DNA from: Neoconidiobolus thromboides FSU 785
Taxonomy: Eukaryota; Fungi; Entomophthoromycota
Length of the DNA stretch: 64,000 bases
Assembly: GCA_025603075.1 (NCBI GenBank)
Contig: MU626331.1
Location: 31,758-95,757, forward strand
Direction of reading: 5' to 3'
Shown here one piece after another: positions 36,954 through 49,795 of this stretch (positions are counted from its first letter, which is position 1; every line of letters starts with the position of its first letter). Both the position numbers and the translations under genes were made by a program. Under the pieces are notes generated by a model. It made no database searches and was not told the DNA's origin. It was given only the letters and a program-made list of their open reading frames with translations.

Positions 36954-39900
36954 ATGAGTAAAGAAATAGACTTTAATGAGTTACAAAAAGTAATTCTTAT
37001 ATTAAATCAACTTAACTTATTAATGACTAATATTGATAAAAAATAGACATTTTTGAAAAATTCAAAACTTGAAGATTCAGATTTTTTAGCTTGGTTAAAA
37101 CAAACCTATCTTCAACCAGATAATAAGATTCCTATTGAATGGTTAGATAAATTTCAAAGGTAAAGTTTAGCTTTTGCTATTATCAATTAAATCAAAACTA
37201 ATGATAATAATGTTTTTTTTCTTATATCCATTCAAATAGTCATGATTTTTCCAGTAAATTTGATAATCCAGAAGCAGTATTAGAAGAATATGAATTATTA
37301 CTTCCAACACAAAACGAAGAAGAAGGAGTCAATCTATCAATGGAATTAAATTTTTTACATGATCAAAAAGATTTCAAAGTTTTAAAATTTCAAGAGGTAA
37401 TTTTATTAAACATATCAGTTAAAATAAACAATAATATTTTTATATTAAATAAAGGAATTTATTGAAGATAATTCACTTCCTTCAAGCAATCATGTTACAA
37501 ATACTCAACGTCAAGTCGGTAAAAATTTTATTCGGGGTAGTTTAAATCAAGCACCTTTTTTACCAGGTAAATTATGGATTATTATTAACTAATGAAAAAA
37601 AATTAATATGAGTAATATTTATTTTAGGCGGTTTCGAATTGGAAGAATTAATGAATGAAAAAGAAGATAAGTTTGAAGATTTGTTAGATTCTATTGAAGG
37701 TTTACAACATTCTGGTAAATAATTCATTCTTTCTTTAATAATAATATAATTTGTATTAATAATTAACTATCCCTTAATATTAATAGATCAATATAAGCAT
37801 AAATTACCAGAATTGGAAAGAGGAATTTATTTTAATGAAAATGAAGAAATAAATGAAAGTAGAATAAATGAATTTGAAGATAAAGATGAAAATAAAGATT
37901 TTTCAATAAATAATGAAAATTTTGATTTAGATGACATTATGGGTAACTTTGATGAAGATGATTTATTTTCAAATTTAGAACCGTCAGATCAAGTAATATT
38001 TTTTATTGTATTTTAATTTTATTAATGAACTATATAAATTTTGTTAAATAGGAAGAAGAAGAAATTATTGAAAAAGACAAAGAAATATTAGAAGAAGTTA
38101 ACCAAGAAGAATTAGAAAAAGAACAAGAGAATTCAAATATAGTTGAAAATAAATTACAAGAAAAAGAGGATGAACTTGATCTTATTATACCAGATAATGT
38201 AATTTGATATAAATAATAATAATAATAATAATAATTAATTAATTAATTAATTAATTAATTAATTCTCTACATTTAGGAAATTAAACTCTACACTAGCAAC
38301 AATGATCACACTATAGAACAAAATGAATGGGCTCATAAAGTTGAATTACATCAGTTACCTATTGATTATTCTTCAGTAGTGCCAAAATTAGCTCATGAAG
38401 TAAATATGACAATTAAATTCATTAACTCTATCTTAATTCTATTTATATAGTTTCCCTTTGAACTTGATTTATTTCAAAAACATGCTGTATATCATTTAGA
38501 AGCTGGTAATAGTGTCTTCCTTGCCGCTCATACATCTGCAGGAAAAACAGTAGTAGCTGAATATGCTATTGCCTTAGCTATGAAGCATATGACGAGGGCC
38601 ATTTATACTTCTCCAATCAAAGCATTATCGAATCAAAAATTTCGAGATTTTAAAGGTACTTTTGAAGAAGTGGGTATCTTAACTGGAGATGTACAAATCA
38701 ATCCAGAAGCTTCTTGTTTGATAATGACAACTGAAATTTTAAGATCTATGTTATATCGTGGTGCGGATGTCATTCGAGATGTAGAATTTGTTATTTTTGA
38801 TGAAGTACATTATTTAAATGATTTAGAACGTGGTGTTGTCTGGGAAGAAGTGATTATTTTACTTCCATCTCATATTAATATTATTTTACTTTCGGCAACG
38901 GTACCAAATACAATGGAATTTGCTGAATGGATTGGAAGAACAAAGAAAAAAGATATATTTGTTATATCTACATTACAAAGACCAATTCCATTAGAACATT
39001 ATATTTATGCGGAAAAAGAATTATTTAAAATTGTAGATAAATCAAAAACTTTTATTGAAGCTGGTTGGAGAGCAGCGAAAGAAGCTTTAAGTGGTGGTAA
39101 AGATAAAGATTTACCATCTAATCAACAACAACGTGGAGGAGGAAATTCAAGAGGAAGAGGCCAACCTAATCGAACCCATGTGACTCAATCTTTGACAAGA
39201 AATATCTTCCGATCCAATGATAAACAACAACAAAATTTATGGGTACATATGATTGGTTTTTTGAAAAAAAAACAATTGTTACCCGTGATTATTTTTACCT
39301 TTAGCAAAAAAAGATGTGATAGTAATGCAGCTAATTTGCCCAATTTAGATCTTACTAGTAATACAGAAAAATCAGAGATTCAGGTATTTATTAGTAAATC
39401 ATTAAACAAATTAGCTCCTAAAGATCGATTGTTACCTCAAGTGTTGAGAGTTAAAGAGTTATTAAAAAGAGGTATTTCAGTACATCATTCAGGATTACTA
39501 CCAGTAGTAAAAGAAATGGTAGAAATATTATTTTCCAGAGGATTAGTTAAGGTATTATTTGCAACAGAAACTTTTGCTATGGGCGTCAACATGCCAGCAA
39601 GATCTGTAGTTTTTAATTCGATAAAAAAACATGATGGTATTGAATTACGTTATTTATTATCTGGAGAATATACCCAAATGTCAGGAAGAGCAGGTAGACG
39701 TGGGTTAGATAAAGTAGGGATGGTAATCTTAGCTTGTCCTGATAATCATCCGCCTGATATGGCTACTTTAAAAACGATTATATTAGGAAAATCTAATCGA
39801 TTATCATCTCAATTTCGATTGACTTATAATATGATGTTAAATTTATTGAGAGTTGAGGCGCTTAAAGTAGAAGAAATGATCAAAAGATCCTTTGCTGAAG

Positions 39901-41568
39901 ATGGGAATCAACAATTGATGCCACAAAAGGAATTAGAAAAAAAGAAATTAATGGGACAAATGAATCAAATCAATGAATTACAATGTGATATTTGTGGAGA
40001 TTTACAAGAGTTTATTGGAAATTGCATTGAACTTCAAGAAACTACTCAAAAATTATTTAATGTTATTATGAGTACTCAGTACGGGAAGAGTGTGTTTTGT
40101 CAGGGAAGAGTGATCCTTTTGGATCATCCTAATTATCGAGGGAACTTGGCAGTGATTATTAAAATGACCCAGAATAAAATGAAATCTTTATTGAATAATA
40201 GTAGGGAAAATAAAGCAAATAAGTCTTTTCTTTGTTTTATTTTAACAGATAAGAAACAAATAGAACAAAAGATAAGTGGTGTACCATTTACTATGATACA
40301 ACTAACGGAAGAGCCTCATCATGCATTGGCAGAAGTTGAAATTAATAATATTCAAATGGTAACTAAAAAAACGATAGAAGTTAATAAAACTAAATTATTA
40401 GCGGGGAACAAATTAATTATTAATCAATTGCAAGAAGAATTAATTTCATTAAATAAACAATATCAACAATCAAAGGAAGAACTTATCATTGATTTTCCAG
40501 CCATTAAAAGTATGAATTTTTTTGAATTAAAAAATTCATTTTTATTAAAATATCAACAATTACCACAGTATCAATGTAATAAATGTCCCGATTTAAAATA
40601 TCACTATAATCAAGAATTTGAAAGAAGAATGTTAAATATTCGAATTAATAATTTAGAATCTGCTTTATATGGATTAAATTTAGATCTTTTACCAGAATAT
40701 TATAAAAGACTAGATGTATTAACTTACCTTGGATTTTCAGATGGAATCTCAGTTACCCTTAAAGGGAGAGTTGGATGTGAGGTAAGTGAATTTTATTCTA
40801 TAGAAATAAATTTAAAAATAGATATTAATTAGTATTATTTTTTAATTTAGATCAATTCTGTTAATGAATTAGTAGTTACCGAATTAATATTAGATAATTT
40901 TTTTGCACGATATGATTCGGAAGAATCGGTAGCTTTATTATCTTGTTTCTTATTTCAAGAAAAGAGCATGTATACTATTGATGAACAAGAAGAGCCTGTA
41001 TTGACTCCTAAATTATTAAAGGTAAAATCTAATAGTTTCAAAGTTACAAGATTCCAGTTTAAATTTTAGAGTTTTGTGATTTGTTAATAATTTCTATCAT
41101 AATATAGGGTTGCGATGAGATTGTAGCTATGTGTAGTAAAGTTGCTGATGCAATGATCCATTGCCATTTAAATATTGATATGGAAGAATACATTAAGAGT
41201 GTGAATTTTGGATTGGTTCATGTAGTTTACGAATGGGCTAGAGGCATGGTAAATCTCAATTTTTAAATTAATAGTTAGTAGTTCGTTTATATTAATTCAT
41301 TTCTCTTTTTTTATTTAGTCATTTAATCATATCACTACAATTACAGATGTGGCAGAAGGTAGATATTTTTATTTTGAAGATAAATGATTTTGATTTATTT
41401 ATTCTTTTAGGTTCCATTGTAAGGACAATAACTAGATTAGACGATACTTGTAGAGATGTTAGAAATGCAGCTCGATTAATTGGAGATAATGAACTATATG
41501 CTAAAATGGAAGCAGCAAGATTATTGATTAAAAGAGATATTGTATTTGCTACTAGTTTATATTTTTAA
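36954..41568 (+). CDS. SKI2: Ski2 DExH RNA helicase (exosome cofactor), about 13 exons
   Basis: AHTSAGKTVVAEYAIA, YTSPIKALSNQKFRDF, DEVH, ATETFAMGVNMPARSVVF and QMSGRAGRRGLD motifs. C-terminus IKRDIVFATSLYF. N-terminal exons give WLDKFQ and PFLPGGF. The first ATG is less certain. Confidence 0.93.
38212..38264. repeat. Compound (AAT)n/(AATT)n microsatellite in a SKI2 intron
   Basis: aataataat... runs directly into aattaattaatt.... Confidence 0.8.
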
Positions 41569-41720
41569 GTAAAAAAAGGAGAAGATAAAGAAATAATAAT
41601 AAAAAAAGTAAAGTTCTAAATTGTAAGCTAAATTGTTTTTAACATTTTTATTATTTTTAGTTTTAAATCAAATAACTTTGCCTCAAGCAATTTATATTAT
41701 TTGGTTCCAAAATCCAAAAC

Positions 41721-43834
41721 TTAAGATTTATTACCATCTACTAAAAATTCACCTTTAGCTTTTAAAATTAAATTGTTGATCCCATATAATTGTAAATTGG
41801 GATCTTTTAAACTGAGCTCAAAAGAATAAACTAAAGAAGCTGTAATATTATATAATTGATACCAAGCCAATCTATGTATAGTTAAAAGTATATGTTAATT
41901 AGTAAATGTTACATGATAATAAAAATCAAGAACTTACGTTCTACCAACACAACCTCGTGGACCTAATGAGAAGGGGTAATAAGCTTCATGATTAATAAAT
42001 TTATTTTCACTATTGATCCAACGTTCGGGAATATAATCATTTGGATTCGGGAAATATTTCTCATAGCGCTGTAAACAATAATAACTAGTACCAACAGTAG
42101 TCTAATTTAAAATTAAAATTAAAATATTAGTTTCTATTATTAAATTAACAATATTAAATATAAGCTTACCCCTTCTGGTATATAATATCCTGAAACAGTG
42201 GCTCCACCAATTGGCGATGATCTTGGTAACATAATAGCTGCTACTGGATATAGCCTCATACCTTCACAAATGACTGCATTTAAATATGGACATTCATTTT
42301 TACATTGGTTATAATTGATTTCTTCTACGGAATTGAATTTATTTTTTAATTCGTTTTTAAGTTTATTGTATACGGGTTTATCCTTTAGTAAGAGATAGAA
42401 AATCCTAATAAGGAGTGTTATAGATAAAGTTGCTTCATATTCCTATTTATAGTTAATTACCATGATAAAGAATTGGCAGTAGTATCAATACCAGCTCCAC
42501 TAAATAAATTGATAAATATATATTAATAAGAAATATAATAATTAGTAATTTAATAAAACTTACAGTTGTAAAACAATTTCTTCAGCAACTTCACGTTCAT
42601 TTAATTTATTACCACTCTCACTATCTTTAGCTTCAATAAAAAAATCCATGATACTTTTACGATCAGAACTGGGATTATATGTTTCAATTTGTTTATAAGT
42701 GAACTAATGAAAGTCAAGATCAGTATTTATAGTTTATAATTATAGACTATTAAAACTACTTGAAATAAATTTTTAATACCAGAATCAGTATAAATATTTA
42801 TAGCGGGTAAAACACCTCTCTAATTGTATCATTAATGTTAATATTATTGTTATTATTGTTAGTTTATAACTTACCAATATCGAATGAAAAAAATAAGTAT
42901 CAATCCAATGAATAATTGGATGATCACTTCCCTTTAATATATCAAAGGATTTATTAAATAACAACATGCCAGTTACATCCTAAATATAAAATAAAATATC
43001 AATATACAAACAATACAACTATTATGTTCTAAATATTATTAATTATCATCATTAACTTACAAAAGTAGTATAATGAAACCATAAGCCTAAATCAATTTTA
43101 GATTGATTTTCTAAGGCATTTTCAATTCTTTGAATCAAAGGTAATACACCAGTTTGCTTTACTTTAGGCTCTAATTGTTGTAATTTACTTTCGGAAAAAC
43201 TTGGAGCTAAAATCTTTCTCTATTGAAATTAAAATCAGTGTTAATTAGTTGGAATTTCTTTTAAGTCCAATGAAATTCAATTTACTCTATTACGATGATG
43301 TTCTTTATTCCTAAACAAATAAGTATAAATAATTACTATTAATACCAAATTAATAAATATTTTGAACTTACAATGTACTAAACGTTGTTTCTCCAGCTCT
43401 ATGAAAGCCAGAATATAAAGTATCTTTTGGAAATTTATAAGTGGAATATATTTCTTTACATGCTTCTAAATTATTGAATGAGACTACACCCCAGCCTAAA
43501 ATAGTAATACTAATAAATACTCATTTGTTAATTGGGGTTTTATTATAATAACTTACTAACTCTAACTACTTCGCCATAATATAAATGCAAATAATAAACT
43601 AATAAATGATCCAATCCAGCCACTTGAATAAAGGTATAAATAAATGGAAATATTTGTAGTATTATTGGAGATGGTATCTCTTTTAGTGGAGTAACAAAGA
43701 GATTATAATAAACCTAGATAAAGTTCAAGGTCATAAGTTAATAAGTTGACTGATAAATTGAAACTGAAGTTTACTTTATAAAACCAAATAGCAATTAAAC
43801 TTAAACCCAAAATTTTCAAAAGATCGAGAAACAT
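41721..43834 (-). CDS. Cytochrome P450 monooxygenase, about 12 exons
   Basis: Spliced product has an N-terminal anchor (MFLDLLKILGLSLIAIWFYK), I-helix GAGIDTT, K-helix EGMR, PERW and heme motif FSLGPRGCVG. All phases join without frameshift. Almost invisible in the ORF track. Confidence 0.92.
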
Positions 43835-44711
43835 TATTTTCAAAAAAAGAGATTAAAACAATAATTATGCTCTTTAGTCACTTTATATACCTTTTTAGAT
43901 ATTAAAATTCGAATCTTCATGCAGTTATTAATAGAATAATTACAACTTTTGAATTCTATATTAGGAATTTATTGACTTATTTTTTACTTATGAACCTTAT
44001 TATTCAATAACTTATTTATTTATTTCATTTTATGTTATTATTATTTTATTAGAACTGTCATTCCGCTTAATGCCCCTTTCTTTTTTATTCTTAAATAGTT
44101 TCCAAAAAATCATACTTGCAAAATATCTAATTATTTTTTAATTAGAAATAAAGTTTCATTTGAAACAATTTTAATAATTTACCATCATCTTCATCTACTT
44201 TGTTTAGTAATAAAATCATCTCAGATTTTCAAGGGAGGCATTAATTAATGCATTGATGAAAAAATAAGGGAGTTGACCCAATTTTGACTTTATGTTAAAA
44301 GTTAGACATTTTAAAAAAGAAATGTAAATGTTTAGGTTAAACTATTAACTAACTTTGAACAAGAAATTTCTAATTCATCATTTAAAGTGGCAGTATATGA
44401 ATAGAAGAACTCATTTTTGTATTTTAAAGTAAAGCATTTTGTCTTTTAAATAGAACTCTATTCTCTTTTTTGAAAAAAAGACTAATTTATTGAATTATTT
44501 TATTTTATATTGATTAGATTAGATTATTCTTTTTAATTCTTTTTAACTTATATGTTAATTTTAATATTTCAAATAAAATTAAAAGTAAGGAATATTTACA
44601 ATCAAAAGTGGTTATATAAAAATAAAAGTATCAGTTTTACGATTTTAAAGGTAAATCGATTGATACTTTGATGTATAAAAATAAAGGATAAAAGCTGGTT
44701 AATATTATATA

Positions 44712-44816
44712 TATGGGAGTGTTTTTTTTGACTTCATTGTTTTTTCCATTTTTCAAGCGCTATTTAAGCGGAAAATTTGTTGGTAAAATTCTTAAACACA
44801 AAAATACATCCCCATA
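44712..44816 (-). mobile_element. MITE-like element, copy 10 (best preserved)
   Basis: ta-tgggagtgttttttttgacttc ... aaaaatacatcccca-ta, in a TA-dinucleotide context on both sides. Confidence 0.88.
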
Positions 44817-45116
44817 TATACTCAAACCAGGTTTAAGCAAATTTATAATTTTTTAGTTTTAATTTGAATTTTGCAATTTTTGCAATCTATCTATTTCTTA
44901 AAAAAATCACTTTCACTAATAACAACTCAATTTCACTAACCAAACAGTTCAGTAAAAAAAATTTCAAATTATTTCAGTATTATTTAGTAAATTAACTAAA
45001 ATATTTTGGGCAAAAAAAATAATTTTAAAAAATGTTTCGAAAAAAGTAGGTAAAAAAATAATCAAATAATTACTCTTCACTCTAATTTCAATCCCTTTCA
45101 AAAAAAGTAAAAATAA

Positions 45117-45995
45117 ATGAGTACTGAACCCCAAAAAGTAGCCCATTCTAATCTCTAGCCATTTATACTAACTCATTTTTTAGCCCATTGATCTTACCAA
45201 CGAGATTTCGGATTCCGCTTCAGAGCGCGTGGATCATATTACTTATAAGATCTCAGCATTAATGAAAGCATTAGATGATAAAGATAACAAGTCATTTGAA
45301 AGTCATATAGCTCATACCACAAATCATATACAAGATAAAGTAATACCAAAGCTAAGTAATCAACAAGCTAGTCAAATATTAAATCAATTATTTGAAAATG
45401 TATCTCAACCTTGTAAAAGTATTAAAGTTCATTTACGTTGGGCTCAACAGATTTTAAAATTTCATCACGTTAGATTAAGTGAAGTAAGTTTTTTTATATT
45501 AATTTTTAATATTCTATTCTATTCTGTTTTTATTTTAAAAGTGAAAGAAACCGAGATCTTTAAAAAAGTATTAAAATAGATTTATGTAACTTATATTTTC
45601 TTTCAAAATAGGAACCTTGGGTGCTCGATAGCTTAAATTTATTTATCAGTAACAGTGATACTCGAGTAGAAATGAGTAATTTATTATCTAAGATAGAAAG
45701 TCGATTTGATCTCATCTTTGCCCAAAAAAGTTTACAAAAAAACCATGAGTTATTTGCTAGAGAAATTAATAAAAGAAAAAGAGATTTAGAAAAGGATCAA
45801 CTTATGGATGCCTCTGAAGAGGAAGAAGAAGAAGAAGAAGAAGAAGAAGAGCTTTATCAAACTTGGAATGAAAATGATTTATTGGAAGAATATGATGACT
45901 CAGAATATGAATCTTTATCTGATACGGCTCCAGATGTCAAAGACAAATTAAAGTTTAGGAAAATTCAAGAGGAGGAAAGTGATGATGAAGAATAG
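45117..45995 (+). CDS. UTP5: Dip2/Utp12-domain protein, Utp5-like (exons 45117-45137, 45184-45483, 45612-45995; ~234 aa)
   Basis: Pattern ALDDKD...KLS...LRWAQQILKFH...LLSKIESRFDLI fits the Utp12 domain. Acidic tail; no WD40 repeats. Confidence 0.65.
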
Positions 45996-46468
45996 ATAGA
46001 AAATAGAACGTTTATTATTGTATTAAACAAAAAATTTAAAAAGGGGTTATATGATTTTTAAATAAATTAAGATTATAAGAATTAGAGTATGAATTTTTAA
46101 TATAGAGTGCTATTATGTGTTTTGTTTAATAGTTATAGGATACTATTGCTTAATGCTATTTATGAATTATAAATATTATAAATCATTTATGATTTTTTTA
46201 TAGAGATAATAATTTTATAAATTTAGTATAGGTAATACAATTTTATAGCTGCTATTTCGCTTTTATTTAATGAAATCTCAAATGAATAAAATTTAATTTG
46301 GATTAAAACCTTTATCACTATTCAAATGATAGAAGTTAAGAATAAAAAAATAACGGTTTGAAAATGATACCATTTACTACTAATAATAGCTAATTTGTAA
46401 TAGCAAATAAATAAACAATAAGCTAACTTTTTTTGTTCTTTATAATTTTATTTTTACTAAAGGTAAAA

Positions 46469-48097
46469 ATGATAACTACCGATAGTATTACCACTCCGAC
46501 TATTTCAAATGAGAATTTATCTTTACTACAAAAGTATATACCAATTATTCACTGGCTACCAAAGTATCAATGGAAAACGGATTTATTACAAGATTTTTTC
46601 GCTGGTATAGGTAATCAATAGCAGTTCCATTTCATCTAGTCTGATGACTAACCTAATCTATTAGCCTTATTAGCTGTAGTTATCCCTCAAAATATGGCTT
46701 ATTCTAGTTTAGCAGGTAAGTTTTATATTTTATTGAAGCTAAAACATAAAAAATAAAAACATTCAATTTTAATCCCTAATTTCTTAGGCCTTCCACCATA
46801 CTACGGATTATACACTTGTTTAATGCCTGTTTTAATCTATATTATATTCGGTTCAGGTTCCTTTACTGCAGTTGGAACCTTTTCATTAATAGCTATCATG
46901 GTAAAACAAGGTTCTGATATCATTTATCAAAATATCCATAATATACCCATTGAAAATATAGCAGTAGATGATACATATATGGAAATTATATTTGCATTAA
47001 CATTTTGGGTTGGATTATTACAATTCTTTATGGGGATATTAGGTGTAGGTAAATTTATTACGAAATATCTCTTACCTACCCCAGCTATCAAAGGTTTTAT
47101 TACTGCTTCTTCATTAACTATTATTACGACTCAATTGTCACCTGCACTTGGATTTAGTATTCCTAAATTAGATCTCCCATTTCCAGTATTTTTTAAATGG
47201 TTTTATGCTGTGACTCATTATCAAGAAACTAATTTATTCACTTTTTCATTAGCTTTGGGATCTATTTTAGTTATACTTTTAGTACGCCAATTGAATTCTA
47301 AATTAGAACAAAGAGTGGGAAATAATCTAGAACTAACCCCTTTATTAAATTTAAATAATACTACAAGAAGGACAAAATCCATTAATTTACCAGATATATT
47401 AATAATAGTTATATTATCTACATTAATTGTGAAAACTTTACGATTAGATATCATAGGCCAAGTCCCCATTGTTGGTACGATACCAAAAGGTTTACCCAAT
47501 TTTCAAATGTTAAATTTAAGTTATATTACCAATCCAGCCTATATCATACATTTTCTATCCCCAGCATTAACAATTGCAGGTACTGGTTATGTAATCACAA
47601 TCTCTGCAAGTAAAGCTTATCAGTCAGAAGGTTATTCTAAATTATCTGAAGATCAAGAGTTGATCGCTATAGGTATATCCAGTATGATTGGTAGCTTCTT
47701 TAATGCTTATGCTAATTGTGGATCTTTGTCAAGAACTGCAGTAATGGTAAGGGGTAATGCCAAATCTCAATTAGCTCAATTAATCACTACTATGCTATTA
47801 TCAATTACTATGCTTTATTTTACACCTTTATTTTATTACCTACCAAAAGCTTGTTTAGCTGCTATTGTATTAATTGCTTGTCAAGCTCTGTTAAAAGACT
47901 TGTTAGATTTTCCTCAAAGATTAAGGAATCAATTTACAATGGATGGGAATAACGGTGGAGAAAGTTTAATTGATTTCGCTATGTGGTTGGCAATGACTTT
48001 ATCCGCTTTAGCCCTTGATCTTCAAAGAGGTTTGATTTGGGGCATTGGTATTGTTGTTTTGTTACAATTGATTCCTCAAAGATTTTTAGAACGCTAA
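46469..48097 (+). CDS. SLC26/SulP anion (sulfate) transporter lacking STAS (exons 46469-46610, 46665-46715, 46788-48097; ~500 aa)
   Basis: YIPIIHWLPKY, IPQNMAYSSLAGLPPYYGLY, QELIAIG, GSLSRTAV and YYLPKACLAAIV motifs. An extra upstream exon is possible. Confidence 0.9.
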
Positions 48098-48309
48098 TTA
48101 AATAGTGAATGTAGTTAGCTAATGTAGTAACCTCAAAATTTAAATAAAAGAACTATATAAAATTGTACTAATATCAAAAATAAATATTTATATTTTAATT
48201 TATTTCTAAAAAAGTTGCTTAAAAAACTGTTTCATCTGCTATTACTTCGCTTGTAAAAGAATCACCTCATAGTTGAATTGAAAATCTCTTCTGTCATTCT
48301 TTATCTTTA

Positions 48310-49080
48310 TTATTCTACTTTTTTCTTTTTATTGGTTAATTCCATTATCTCTTCTTCCGATGAGTCACTCAAATCATCATCAAACACAGTATTGTTCCTT
48401 TTTTCTACCTTTTTATTACCATTATTTAAATCCTTTGCCTTTAGTACGGATAATTTCATATTACTTTTAATCTCCTCACTTTCCTTTAAATATTTATGGT
48501 CATCAAATAAAGCCTTTTGGACATTTTTACCCTTCAATCCTTTTTCAATTTTCTTCTTTAATTTTTCCTTTCTTTCTTTATCCCTCTCTTTTTGAAGTTC
48601 AATATGTTCAATTAGTCTAAAAATAAGCTATTAGTATCTTGATTTGTATGATTTAAATATTTTAACTTACTTCCTAGCCCTTCTAACCGTCTTTAATCTT
48701 CTACCGTTTAAATCCCTACACGCATCATTATTTGAAGGAACCTTTGAATTCATTCTACCACCCTGTGCTCTAAGCATTGAACCAAAACCACCTTTACCAC
48801 CGCGTAATCTAATACTTCCTAAAACTGGAGCTCTCAAATCAAACCTCTTACTAAGTTCTGAAAGTGGTTTATCGTGATATGTATCATAGGATAAAAGTGT
48901 GTTGTTTATAGTAAAATAAAGGGATAATAAACGTAGTTCTTCGGACATGGAAGTGAGTATTGAGTTATCAACTAACCACTTTAAAGTGGAAGTTGAGGCA
49001 CCAGTGGGGAGGGAAATGAAATTTGTTTTTTGATTAAATGATAATTGAATTTGTGCTGGTAATTGTGCTATTGCAGTCAT
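48310..49080 (-). CDS. SDE2: Sde2 (ubiquitin-fold splicing/silencing factor) (exons 49080-48671, 48616-48310; 238 aa)
   Basis: Signature [19 protein letters not shown]...CRDLNGRRL. The intron joins the 48667 and 48310 ORF pieces in frame. Confidence 0.93.
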
Positions 49081-49372
49081 GTTGGATGTTGCTTTTTTAT
49101 TAGTGAATAAAGAGTGTTAAATTGAAATTTTAGCTTGGAAGCATAAATTGAAAATTACTAACTAAAATGATTGGCTAAAGATGAGTTTTAATTAAGCTTC
49201 TAAAAACATAAATTTGGAATGGTTGAGTAATTAAAGCTGGTGAGAAAGAGAATAGCAATGGTTATGGTTAAGAACTGCAGGACTAATTTAAATCACCATA
49301 ATTTTGAAGTTCTAAATATTTAATAAAAATATACATTAAATCAAGTAAACAAATATCCTTAAATTCTTAGTA

Positions 49373-49475
49373 TATGGTGATGTATTTTTGTGTTTAAAGA
49401 TTTTGCTAACAACTTTTTCACTCAAATAGTGCTTAAAAGATGGAAAAAGTGATGAAGCCAAAAAAACACCCCTAT
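49373..49475 (+). mobile_element. MITE-like element, copy 11
   Basis: tatggtgatgtatttttgtgtttaaaga ... aaatagtgcttaaaagatggaaaaa ... aaaaaaacacccctat. Confidence 0.83.
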
Positions 49476-49721
49476 GTTATTAATGCATTTTATACTCCTA
49501 TATGTATACTATCAATCAGTATCAGTACCTATAAATTTATATACAATAAATCCTACTTTTTAATAAAAACAAGTCATAATATATATCAATTATCACAGAA
49601 GTATGGAATGTCTTCTCGATATAACCTTGATGAAAATTTAAAAACAAACTATCGCATATATCCAACTGATACCCCCCCTTCCTCTTAAGAGAGAGGAAGA
49701 AGAAGTATCACTACTTTTATG

Positions 49722-49795
49722 TGTTTCCGTCCAGGTTCGAATTGGAGACCTCCTACGTGTTAGGCAGGTGTGATAACCAACTACACCACCGAAAC
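49722..49795 (-). tRNA. Degenerate tRNA-Val (AAC), possible pseudo-tRNA
   Basis: Clearly homologous to the 28999-29072 gene, but has a G6:G67 mismatch, an A in place of the invariant G53 (A53:C61) and no adjacent T-run. Confidence 0.75.

Noticed and set aside
11624-49475. Interpreting the ~105-bp repeats as a CRISPR array or as long TIRs of a Mutator/foldback element
   Set aside because: The copies are dispersed rather than regularly spaced, the genome is eukaryotic, single copies carry both of their own TIRs, and the inverted pairs show no 8-10-bp flanking duplication.
49627-49669. Box C/D-like motifs (TGATGA ... CTGA) on the plus strand
   Set aside because: The spacing is too short for a C/D snoRNA, there is no terminal stem, and I could not identify an rRNA-complementary guide.
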